DNA from: Candidatus Versatilivorator sp.
GTDB taxonomy: Bacteria > Acidobacteriota > Terriglobia > Versatilivoradales > Versatilivoraceae
Assembly: GCA_965207735.1 (NCBI GenBank)
Contig: OZ242296.1
Span: 1,536,001-1,600,000, forward strand
Direction of reading: 5' to 3'
Length of the DNA stretch: 64,000 nt
Each line of letters opens with the position of its first letter. Position 1 is the first letter of the stretch. Positions 28,389-37,244 of the stretch are shown here, in pieces. The position numbers were made by a program, and so were the translations under genes. The notes beneath the pieces are model-generated. The model was not told the origin of the DNA. It searched no databases and was given only the letters and a program-made list of their open reading frames with translations.

Positions 28389-29783
28389 TCAGGGCTGCAG
28401 CAGCACGATGCCTTCTTTTTCGATCCGGGCGAACATCTTGCGGTACTCTTCGGTGCCATCGTCGTCCCAGTATTCGGTGGTGAGGGGGGAGTCGTAGCTC
28501 ATGGGGATGAGGCGCCAGCGGTCGGGGCGCACCATGAAGAGGGACTGCTCGGGGTCGTGGATGTTGTACATGCGGGCGCCGTTGGCGAAGCGGGTCTTGA
28601 TGATCCACTTGGGCTGCTGGGGCAGTTGCAGCTTTTCCAGCCGCTCCAGTTCCTCCCGGTCCAGGGTCACCCCCAGTCCGGGCCGTTCCGGAACTTTGAC
28701 GAATCCATTCACCGGATCGAGCCGCTCCTTGACCACATCCGACTTCTTGCTTTCGGAGGTGTTGACGAAGTGGAAGCTGGCCGTCTTGAAGGCCGACTGC
28801 ATGTGGGTCGTCATGGCCCGGGTGATGTTGCCGCCGACGTTCTGAAGCATGAAGGGGATGTTGGCGGCCGCGAACAGGCCGGCCCGCCGCCGGGCCGTTC
28901 CGATCCTCTGATGTCCCAGCATGTAGGCATCGGCCGCCCGCCTCAGCACTTCGAAGGTGGCTCCCAGCGGGGTGTGGTGATAGATGATCGGCAGCCGGCA
29001 GCGCTTGCGCAGCTCGGCGTAGCCCTCGATATCCCGTTCCTGCAGAGGATCCTCGAAACAGCCGGCGATGCGGTATTTCGAGATATTCTCCACCAACTCG
29101 AACATGTGGTCGTTGGTGCCGTGCATGGTGATGTCGTGGTGGATGCGGAACCCCTCGGGGGCTACCGCCTGCATGGCGTCCATCTGATCCATCACGTTCT
29201 CGAAGGGCGAGAGGTGGTACTTCATCCAGGTATAGCCCATGGCCGAGAAGCGCTCCACGGCCTGGGCCATGCGCTTGGGATGGGTCGAGACCGTCCAGGA
29301 TGCCACCGGCACCCATCGCCGGTAGCGCTGCCCGAAGAGCTTGTAGACGGGGACTCCAGCCGCCTTGCCCATCAGGTCGTACATGGCCGTCCCCAATCCC
29401 AGGGAGTTCTCGTCGCCCACCCAGTCGAAGGGGCTGGTGCCGATGTATTTCTCAATGGTTTCCTCGGGTTCCGGACTTCCGCTCTCACCCAGTCCGGTCA
29501 GCCCGGCGTCGGTGTGCACCACGTAGACGGTCCGTTTCCAGGGACCGTAGAAGTGGTTGAGCTCATAGGCGATCCAGTCCACGAACTCCTCGGTGATGTT
29601 GTGGACCTCGATGTCGGTGATCCGGATGGAGCCATGACGGGACTCGGCCTGCTTCTTGGCAGCCCACACCGGCTTCCAGCCGTTCAAGAGAAGGGCTCCG
29701 CCAAGACCGGCGAAAAAGCCACGTCGGGTGAGAACGCCGGTTTCGGCTTCAGGATTTCTTCCGGAAGAGTTGGAAAAGTGCAT
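28389..29783 (-). CDS. Mandelate racemase/muconate lactonizing enzyme family protein with Tat signal
   Basis: TRRGFF Tat motif; VHTDAGLTGLGE, YDLMGKAAGVPVY, VPERPGLGV. Confidence 0.85.
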   Translation of the reverse strand: MHFSNSSGRNPEAETGVLTRRGFFAGLGGALLLNGWKPVWAAKKQAESRHGSIRITDIEVHNITEEFVDWIAYELNHFYGPWKRTVYVVHTDAGLTGLGESGSPEPEETIEKYIGTSPFDWVGDENSLGLGTAMYDLMGKAAGVPVYKLFGQRYRRWVPVASWTVSTHPKRMAQAVERFSAMGYTWMKYHLSPFENVMDQMDAMQAVAPEGFRIHHDITMHGTNDHMFELVENISKYRIAGCFEDPLQERDIEGYAELRKRCRLPIIYHHTPLGATFEVLRRAADAYMLGHQRIGTARRRAGLFAAANIPFMLQNVGGNITRAMTTHMQSAFKTASFHFVNTSESKKSDVVKERLDPVNGFVKVPERPGLGVTLDREELERLEKLQLPQQPKWIIKTRFANGARMYNIHDPEQSLFMVRPDRWRLIPMSYDSPLTTEYWDDDGTEEYRKMFARIEKEGIVLLQP

Positions 29784-30155
29784 GGCCGACTCCATTCTTT
29801 TGACGAAAGCTGAAGAGAACTCATTATAGGCAGGTTCGCGTCAATATGACACAGTAGCCGAACTTCGGCTGCTCACAGATCAGATCTTAAATGGCAAGAC
29901 TGCAGGCACCATGCCCAACACCTCCCAACGATCCCTAGCAGGAACATTTTTATGTATTTACTCTCATGACACAACTATTACGACAATAAACATACATATG
30001 GATGGATGTATTCTTCATGTACTTATCAAAAAGTTAATTTTAGATAACAATAGGAGACTATGTCTACCTGTGTTACAGGAAAAATCATAATTTGGTAACT
30101 TTACCATTGACTTATCTTCCAGACATTTAGGAAAATGCCATTAGGAGGTCATGTT

Positions 30156-30692
30156 ATGGAAAAACAAGAGACTGGATTCGACGACGAGTTGACAGCAATC
30201 CAAACAGTCTTGAAGACACTGAAACCACTGGAACCGGACTCTCGCCAACGCTTAATCGAGTACGTCACCGCTCGCTTCGAAATCTCGACCGTGCGTGAAG
30301 GCCGAACAGATTTGGCGCCGGGAAAGGTTGAGGACAACGAGAACTCTCCCGCAGTTGAGAAGAAGACCACGCCACAGGTCAGTTTCGAAACGTTCGCAGA
30401 ATTGTTTGATGCTGCGCAGCCTCATGACAACGGGCAAAAAGCGCTAGTTGCGGGATATTGGGTGCAGGAATGCGATGGTGCTGACACGTTTAGTGGATTC
30501 TCGATAAATAAGGCGCTTAGAGACCTTGGCTATGGGATTCCCAATATCACTAACGCGTTTGACAGTTTGAAGCGGCAGACCCCAGCCTTGGTAGTACAGT
30601 TGAAAAAAAGTGGCAAAAGCCGACAGGCTCGAAAGGCCTACAAGATCACAAAAGCTGGGATTAAAGCCGTCGAGACTATGATCAGTGGATGA
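30156..30692 (+). CDS. Hypothetical protein, probable C-terminal winged helix
   Basis: AGGAGG SD; C-terminal YKITKAGIKAV wing pattern. Confidence 0.7.
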   Translation: MEKQETGFDDELTAIQTVLKTLKPLEPDSRQRLIEYVTARFEISTVREGRTDLAPGKVEDNENSPAVEKKTTPQVSFETFAELFDAAQPHDNGQKALVAGYWVQECDGADTFSGFSINKALRDLGYGIPNITNAFDSLKRQTPALVVQLKKSGKSRQARKAYKITKAGIKAVETMISG

Positions 30693-31428
30693 AGCTAGGC
30701 TTGCTCAGGCAATCGAATCACTCGTAGGGAGAAAGCTGGCACGGGACTTGGCAGCCGACTTCCTCAAGTTGCGCCTCGACGTCGCCGCCGGCACGCTAGA
30801 GCGGGCCTCCGCTGGCAAGTTTGTCGAATCATTCGTCCAATGCCTGCAACAAATTTCTAGCGGCAAATACGATGCCGCACCAAATGTCGACGACTATTTG
30901 AACAAGCGAGTCGAAGGCGATACAGCGCTCCCAGAAGGCCTTCGGCTTTGTAGCAGTCGGGTTGCGCGTTCCATCTACACTATGCGGAACAAGCGTAATA
31001 TAGCTCACAAAGGCGAGATCGACCCCAACCGCATAGACTTGGAATTTACCTACCACGGAGCGGCTTGGATCATGGCGGAACTGATACGTTGCGGGTCCGG
31101 CATCACAATGGAGGAATCTGGGGAATTGATAAGACTCATCAAGGCGCCAGTTGGAACGCTAGTAGAGGAAATCGATGGTGTCCGGATTGTGCACGCCAAG
31201 GTCTCAACCCGTATAGAGATGCTACTCCTGCTTCACAGTAAGCACCCCGATCCTGTGACGTCTTCGCAGCTTGCCGAATGGATGGGCAAGAACACCCCGA
31301 CGGTGAGAGCCCGCTTGAGCAACTTGCGCTCGGAACGCCTTATCGTTGGTGACGGGAAAAAGGGCTTTAAACTTACCTCACCAGGATATGCCACAGCCAT
31401 CGCAGAAATCGAGAAGCTTTCCAAGTAG
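30685..31428 (+). CDS. HEPN-like (R-x-H motif) protein with C-terminal winged helix
   Basis: IYTMRNKRNIAHKG; LAEWMGKNTPTVRARLSNL...FKLTSPG; overlaps the upstream stop. Confidence 0.7.
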   Translation: MDEARLAQAIESLVGRKLARDLAADFLKLRLDVAAGTLERASAGKFVESFVQCLQQISSGKYDAAPNVDDYLNKRVEGDTALPEGLRLCSSRVARSIYTMRNKRNIAHKGEIDPNRIDLEFTYHGAAWIMAELIRCGSGITMEESGELIRLIKAPVGTLVEEIDGVRIVHAKVSTRIEMLLLLHSKHPDPVTSSQLAEWMGKNTPTVRARLSNLRSERLIVGDGKKGFKLTSPGYATAIAEIEKLSK

Positions 31429-31694
31429 CAGAGCAGGACGGTACACACGAAATGGTTTGTCAGCCGAACCAGAATTCCTGGATCGAACCTCCTCCAGAAC
31501 GGGCAGCATTTGTCCAAAATTTCCCAACACCTCACTCCGCTACTACGCGTTGATCTGCGATCGGATAGCTTTATTTCACGGCGCGCCTGCCTCCATGGTA
31601 AAGTCGCGCCCACCCATTCCGGCGGTGCCTCCAGCGACTCCGTGCGACTCCGTGGCCCAAGGATCGCGATCTAGTCCAAGTCAGAGAAAGACCC

Positions 31695-32546
31695 GTGAGA
31701 TCCCTGACGATATCGGCCCTGCTGGTGTTCCTGGTCAATGCGTTTTCGGCCGGCGCCAGCGCGGCGGAGATCAAGATTGCCTCCTGGAACATATACTGGC
31801 TCACCTCGGAAGACCCGAATCATCACAGACGCAAGGCCAGCGACTACGTCAAGTTGGCCGATTACGCAAATGACCTGGACGCGGACGTCATCGCCCTGCA
31901 GGAAGTCGATGCGGGCTTTGTACGCAAGGTGTTCCCTCCGCAGCAGTACAGTATTGAATTATCGCGCCGGCACGACACCAGGCAACGCACCGGCTTCGCC
32001 ATCCGCAAGGGTATCCGATATCGGCGCCTGCCCGACTATCGGGAGCTGAGCACGAAATGGGGGTTGCGCTACGGCACGGTGATCGAGTTGGAGGTGGGCG
32101 GCAAGAATATCGATGTGATGTCGGTGCACCTGAAGTCCGGCTGCCATGACCGGGACCTGGACCGCCCCGGAACCAGGAGCTGTCGCGATCTCAAGTCCCA
32201 GGTGAGGCCGCTCGAGTCATGGATCGACCGACGTCTGGAGCGGGGGCGGGCCTTTGTTCTATTGGGTGACTTCAATCGACGCATGGATCGGAGGCACGAT
32301 GATCTCTGGCGTTTCATTGCCGATGGAAATCCAAAGCCGATATACCGGGTCAACGCCGGCCGGAAGCCCAAATGTTGGAACAGCAAGTTCGCGGAATTCA
32401 TCGATCACATCATTGTGGGACCGATCGCCGAGAAAGCCGTGAAGGCCCGTTCATTCGAAGAATTAACCTATGGCGAGAGAAGTTATTTCTATTGGCGCAG
32501 ACGTCTATCCGACCACTGTCCCATTTCCATAAGGCTGGACTTCTGA
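31695..32546 (+). CDS. Secreted endonuclease/exonuclease/phosphatase family protein
   Basis: Signal peptide; SWNI, ALQEV, VHLKSGC, GDFNR, IDHI, SDHCP. Confidence 0.92.
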   Translation: MRSLTISALLVFLVNAFSAGASAAEIKIASWNIYWLTSEDPNHHRRKASDYVKLADYANDLDADVIALQEVDAGFVRKVFPPQQYSIELSRRHDTRQRTGFAIRKGIRYRRLPDYRELSTKWGLRYGTVIELEVGGKNIDVMSVHLKSGCHDRDLDRPGTRSCRDLKSQVRPLESWIDRRLERGRAFVLLGDFNRRMDRRHDDLWRFIADGNPKPIYRVNAGRKPKCWNSKFAEFIDHIIVGPIAEKAVKARSFEELTYGERSYFYWRRRLSDHCPISIRLDF

Positions 32547-32565
32547 AGTCTTCTGGTAGTTGGTC

Positions 32566-32875
32566 GAGCCTTTTGCAGGATTGGTCAGGTAGCGGGATTT
32601 TTTGTGGGGAAGGGTTTTGATCGCTCGGAGCGCTGGGAGCGCGGGCGTCCTGCCCGCATTCCTGTAAAGACGCTGCCCCGGCGCCGGTGGACAGGCGTAC
32701 CGATCAACCCTGTGAAGCCAATCGCCACCACCCTGCCAAGTCTTGTGCGGGCGGGACGCCCGCGCTCCCGGGGGGAAATCCATGGCCGGCCAAGTGCAGA
32801 TCCGCCCAGAGCCCTGCGGAATATTACCGTTGCCACCCCAATGTCCTGCCCGACTACGAATTTTGCAAAAGGCTC
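32566..32875. mobile_element. MITE bounded by ends of the 18444-19930 IS, carrying REP family B
   Basis: GAGCCTTTTGCA ... CGAATTTTGCAAAAGGCTC; right part resembles IS 19870-19930. Confidence 0.7.
32635..32769. repeat. REP-like family B inverted pair
   Basis: GGGAGCGCGGGCGTCC(C/T)GCCCGCA at 32635 and inverted at 32746; also at 45913, 62491, 62614. Confidence 0.85.
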
Positions 32876-32910
32876 GGTGGTGAGAAACAGGTTCGACAGC
32901 ACGGCAGCCC

Positions 32911-33915
32911 CTATCCCCCCAAATTCTTCTCGTAGTCGTCCAACTGGTAGGCGTCCATCCAGTTGCCCGATGGCATCGGCTCGTTGGGCAGGACGTATTT
33001 CAGCAGTTCCACGGCCTTGGCCAGCGAGTCGTCCACGGTGAGGTAGGGCTCCTCGCACTCGATGCCGAGGGGGCCGTCGTAGCCGGCCCGACGCAGGCTG
33101 ACGATGAAGCTGCGCCAGAAGAACTCGTCGTGGCCGTATCCCAGCGTCCGATAGCTCCAGGACCGCTGATCCCACTCGTCGTAGTAGGCGCTGGAAACCA
33201 GCCCGTCGCGGGCGGCCATCCGCTGGTCCAGAGCCACGTCCTTCACGTGGCAGGTGTAGATGGCCTCGCCGATGGTCTCGACGAAAACGATGGGATCGAT
33301 GCCCTGCCACCACAGGTGGGAGGGGTCCAGGTTCATGCCGATGGTGGGCCCGACTTCCCGGCGAAGGCGCAGGAAGGTCTGGGTGTTGTAAACGCAATCC
33401 CCGGTGTGGGGCTCGATGCACAGTTTGACCCCGTAGTCGTCGGCGATGGCTGCGGCCTTTTTCCAGTAGGGGATGATTCTCTCCTCCCACTGCCAGCGGT
33501 AGGCATCCTTCCACATGACAAAGGCGGAGTTGATGATCCAGTTGGGTGTCTTGTCGTCGGGACCGCCGGCGGGAGTGCCGGCCAGCAGACTGATGTGGTG
33601 AACGTCCAGGCGGTCGGCCAGCTTGCAGGTGGCCACCAGGTCGGCGTGGGCGCCCTCGGCAATGGCCGGGTTGGGATGGATCGGGTTTCCATGGCAGCCG
33701 AAGGAACAGATCTGCATCTCCCGCTCATCCAGGCTGCGCTTGAAGGCCTCGAACGCGGCCGGGGATGCTTCCAGCTTGATCGGGTCGTAGTGGACCTTGG
33801 GGATGTGCCCGCCGGCGCAGGCCTCGACCAATCGGATGCCGTGCTTCTTGCAGGAGTCGAGCATCTCCTCCCAGGATCTCTCCAGCATGCTTGCCGCCAT
33901 CAATGCGATTTCCAT
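32911..33915 (-). CDS. Sugar phosphate isomerase/epimerase (AP endonuclease 2 TIM barrel)
   Basis: CHGNPIHP, IEPH, DPSHLWWQG, HVKD, GYDGPLGIECE. Confidence 0.9.
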   Translation of the reverse strand: MEIALMAASMLERSWEEMLDSCKKHGIRLVEACAGGHIPKVHYDPIKLEASPAAFEAFKRSLDEREMQICSFGCHGNPIHPNPAIAEGAHADLVATCKLADRLDVHHISLLAGTPAGGPDDKTPNWIINSAFVMWKDAYRWQWEERIIPYWKKAAAIADDYGVKLCIEPHTGDCVYNTQTFLRLRREVGPTIGMNLDPSHLWWQGIDPIVFVETIGEAIYTCHVKDVALDQRMAARDGLVSSAYYDEWDQRSWSYRTLGYGHDEFFWRSFIVSLRRAGYDGPLGIECEEPYLTVDDSLAKAVELLKYVLPNEPMPSGNWMDAYQLDDYEKNLGG

Positions 33916-33999
33916 GTTTGTCCTGTCCTTCCTTGGGTTTCGTCGAACCCTTTGGGAACCGACGTCCTTACCTGAATCAAACGAAAAAAGACAAAAGAA

Positions 34000-34136
34000 A
34001 AAGAGTTATCCACGAAGGGCCACGAAGAACGACGAAGGGCCACTAAGGCGTTGAGGTTTACCGCGACGGGGTACCAAGGTCACGAAAGAATGATCGATTT
34101 CCGATTGTTTCACCCTCGTCTGATCCGCCCGGCAGG
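34000..34136. repeat. About 140-bp dispersed intergenic repeat
   Basis: AAAGAGTTATCCACGAAGG...TGATCCGCCCGGCAGG; copy at 62246-62382, partial at 41765-41793. Confidence 0.8.
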
Positions 34137-34244
34137 TCGGAGGCGACACTTTTTTCAGACCCGGCCTGAAAGTCTCAGCCCGGAGCGTTCCGCCCGGTGC
34201 CTGCGCTATTCTCCAGTGTGCGGCGGCGCGGCTAAAAATGCCGG

Positions 34245-34481
34245 CTAATCCTCATCCATCCCATCTTCGTCGACAGGCTCGCCTTCAAGAATCTCCAAGG
34301 CTCTCTCGGCATCCGATTCCCTCACCTGGAGGCCCACGCCGCCAATGGCCAAGGGCCAGTACCAATTCATGCCGGCGATATGCTCATTGGTCAGAACGCA
34401 GTCGATTCCCTCTGCTTCCAACCGGGTCTTGGCCAGGTTGGCGTCAATGGGGTAGGGGAAGTTGGCGATGGTAATCAGCAC
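34245..34481 (-). CDS. DUF2007-like small protein
   Basis: ANLAKTRLEAEGI, GGVGLQVRESDAERA. Confidence 0.85.
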   Translation of the reverse strand: MLITIANFPYPIDANLAKTRLEAEGIDCVLTNEHIAGMNWYWPLAIGGVGLQVRESDAERALEILEGEPVDEDGMDED

Positions 34482-34561
34482 CTGGGGTGTTCTCCGTTGC
34501 TGAGTGAAGCCAAAACGTACTTTATCAGTCCAGCAGCAAGCCTACAATTCCTCAATATGGC

Positions 34562-34647
34562 GCAGGGGCGTCCCTTGTGGGCGCCTCCGACGCGGTGTTG
34601 ACCGGGCAAACGGGAACTACCGGGCAACCACAAGGATTGCCCCTACG
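34562..34647. repeat. GTAG-type REP inverted pair
   Basis: GCAGGGGCGTCCCTTGTGGGCGCC ... GGGCAACCACAAGGATTGCCCCTAC. Confidence 0.65.
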
Positions 34648-34802
34648 TTGGCGGGTTCAGCACGAGATGGTCCGTTCCCTCGGCTAGGTATAGATTGCGC
34701 GTCGCGGTATTATGGCCACCGGACGTTCCAGTCTCGGCGGCCGGCGTCAACCGAAAAGGACCCCGGGAAACCCGGCACGGTCCGCCAAGGTGCACACCTC
34801 TC

Positions 34803-36347
34803 ATGGCCACTAACGACACACAGACCGACTTTGAGATTGGCCAGGACAACATACGGTTCCTCGGTCTCGACATTCACAACCCGGTCTTCGCCGTATCCAG
34901 CCTTACCATCGTCGGATTTGTGGTCTGTGTGCTGGCGTTCCGGGAGGCCGCGGGCGCCGCTTTTGACGCACTGTACGCATGGCTCACTTCGACGTTCGAC
35001 TGGGTGTTCCTGGGCGCGGGCAACCTCTTCATCCTGTTCTGTCTGCTGCTGATAGTGACCCCGCTCGGTCGCATCCGCCTCGGCGGTCCGGATGCCAAGC
35101 CCGACTATTCCGTCTGGTCGTGGTTCGCCATGCTGTTCGCAGCCGGGATCGGCATCGGCCTGATGTTCTTCGGGGTGGCGGAGCCGATTCACCATTTCCA
35201 AAATCCTCCGCTCGGGATCGACGCCGCCGACACCGCCGCTGCGCAAAGGCTGGCATTCGCCTCCGCCATCTTTCACTGGGGCCTGCACCCCTGGGCGATG
35301 TACGCGATCGTCGCGCTGGCGCTCGCCTTCGCCGCCTACAATCTCGGCTTGCCGCTGACGCTGCGGTCGGCGTTCTACCCTGTTCTGGGCAAGGCGGTCT
35401 GGGGCCGGTTCGGACACCTGATCGACGTCCTGGCGGTGTTTGCGGCGCTCTTCGGACTGGCGACCTCGCTCGGCCTGGGCGCAGAGCAGACGGCGGCCGG
35501 GCTGGCCCATCTTTTCGGCGTGCCGGCCACCAACACCACCAAGGTGCTGATCATTGCCTTCGTCACGTTCATTGCGATTGCATCGGTGGTCGCCGGGATG
35601 GACCGAGGCGTCAAACGCCTGAGTCAGGCCAACCTGGTGCTGGCCATGCTGCTGCTCGCCTTCGTGCTGACGGTGGGGCCGACTCTCGACCTGTTGGCCG
35701 GGTTCGTAGCCAGCCTCGGCCACTATCTGGCGGCGATCGGACCGCTCAGCAACTGGGTGGGTCGTGACGACCTGGATTTCATGCACGGATGGACCACCTT
35801 CTTCTGGGCCTGGTGGCTCTCCTGGTCGCCCTTCGTAGGCATGTTCATCGCCCGGGTCTCGCGCGGCCGCACGGTGCGCCAACTGGTGGGCTGCATGCTG
35901 GTCGTCCCGACGCTGGTCTCCGCGCTCTGGATGAACGCCTTCGGGGCAACCGCACTGTCCAAATTTCTCGATGGCGGCGGTACCGCGGTGGTCGAGGCGG
36001 TGCAGGCCCAGCAACCGGAGATGGCCCTGTTCAGGATGCTGGAGACGCTGCCGCTGGCCGGTGTCACCTCGATTATCGGCATTGTTCTGATAATCATCTT
36101 CTTCGTCACCTCGTCCGATTCCGGTTCGCTGGTCATCGACACCATCACCGCCGGAGGCAAGCTGGACGCACCGGTTGCTCAGCGCGTCTTCTGGTGTGCA
36201 TTCGAAGGAATCGTCGCCATCACTCTGCTGGTCAGCGGCGGACTGGTGGCGCTGCAGACGGCTTCGCTCGTGACCGGATTCCCGTTCGCGCTGGTGCTGT
36301 TGGGGATGTGCTACAGCATCTGGAAGGGCCTGCGCGCCGCCCGCTGA
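34803..36347 (+). CDS. BCCT (betaine/carnitine/choline) transporter
   Basis: SWFAMLFAAGIGIGL, FHWGLHPW, WTTFFWAWWLSWSPFVGMFIARVSRGRT, TSSDSG. Confidence 0.95.
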   Translation: MATNDTQTDFEIGQDNIRFLGLDIHNPVFAVSSLTIVGFVVCVLAFREAAGAAFDALYAWLTSTFDWVFLGAGNLFILFCLLLIVTPLGRIRLGGPDAKPDYSVWSWFAMLFAAGIGIGLMFFGVAEPIHHFQNPPLGIDAADTAAAQRLAFASAIFHWGLHPWAMYAIVALALAFAAYNLGLPLTLRSAFYPVLGKAVWGRFGHLIDVLAVFAALFGLATSLGLGAEQTAAGLAHLFGVPATNTTKVLIIAFVTFIAIASVVAGMDRGVKRLSQANLVLAMLLLAFVLTVGPTLDLLAGFVASLGHYLAAIGPLSNWVGRDDLDFMHGWTTFFWAWWLSWSPFVGMFIARVSRGRTVRQLVGCMLVVPTLVSALWMNAFGATALSKFLDGGGTAVVEAVQAQQPEMALFRMLETLPLAGVTSIIGIVLIIIFFVTSSDSGSLVIDTITAGGKLDAPVAQRVFWCAFEGIVAITLLVSGGLVALQTASLVTGFPFALVLLGMCYSIWKGLRAAR

Positions 36348-36454
36348 GAAATGCGGGCAACGGATTGTAGAGGTGAGTGCCGCCCCTGCCCTGCCGGGCG
36401 GATCATTCGAAGAAGAAACTGCCGATCGTTATTGAAGACGAATTCTTTTTTTCT

Positions 36455-37219
36455 TTACACGCAGCCGGGGTATTCGCTGCCCTGCAGGAGGACATAGTTC
36501 GGCTGGGGCCGGCTGTCGTCGGTCCAGCGGGAGCGGGCCGACATGTAGTGGACGGCCAGGCCGCGCCGCGAGGTGGTGGAGCGGTTGGGCGTGGATCGAT
36601 GCAGCAGCAGGCTGTGGTGAAAAGAACAACCGCCGGCCGGCATGAGCAGGGGCGTTTCCCGGCTGAGGTCCATGGCCTCGTCGGGCACCTGCTTGTCCCG
36701 CCGGTCGCGCACCACCCAGGGCTGACTGTGATCCAGAACGCCCTGCCGGTGGCTTCCCGGAATTACATGCATCGGTCCCTTCTCCATGGTTACGTCGTCC
36801 AGGGCCGTCCAGCAGGTCACCAGGTCCATGGGCTCGATGGCGAAGTAGGCCGAGTCCTGGTGGTAGGGCTTCTCGACGCCCCCGGGCGGTTTCATGAAGC
36901 ACTGGCTGTTATAGAGCTTGATGTCGGGACCGAGGATGGACTCCACGATGGACAGTATCCGGGGGTGGCCGGCATGCGCCAGAAAAACCGGATCGTTATT
37001 CGCGGGGCGGTTCAGCTTGCGCACCGTTGCCAGCTCCACCCTCTCGGCGCCCGGCTCCAGCTCGATATCCTCCACCGGATATCCGGGAACGGCGCCTGAG
37101 ATCAGATCCTCGGTCCGCTGCCTCACCTGCTGCACTTCTTCAGCCGAAAGCAGACCCTCCACCACCAGGTAGCCCTGCTCCCGATACTGCTCGGCATAGT
37201 TTCCATTTTCCTTGACCAT
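36455..37219 (-). CDS. Phytanoyl-CoA dioxygenase (PhyH) family
   Basis: MKPPGG, YHQD, IPGSH, LHRSTPN..SRR. Confidence 0.92.
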   Translation of the reverse strand: MVKENGNYAEQYREQGYLVVEGLLSAEEVQQVRQRTEDLISGAVPGYPVEDIELEPGAERVELATVRKLNRPANNDPVFLAHAGHPRILSIVESILGPDIKLYNSQCFMKPPGGVEKPYHQDSAYFAIEPMDLVTCWTALDDVTMEKGPMHVIPGSHRQGVLDHSQPWVVRDRRDKQVPDEAMDLSRETPLLMPAGGCSFHHSLLLHRSTPNRSTTSRRGLAVHYMSARSRWTDDSRPQPNYVLLQGSEYPGCV

Positions 37220-37244
37220 GTCCTAGCCCTCTATCTCCGATTAT

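Noticed and set aside
28359-29813. Long antisense ORFs here and at 9315-10529, 42388-43863, 46521-48785, 54909-56378 and 58498-60699
   Set aside because: Shadow frames caused by high-GC codon bias opposite well-supported genes
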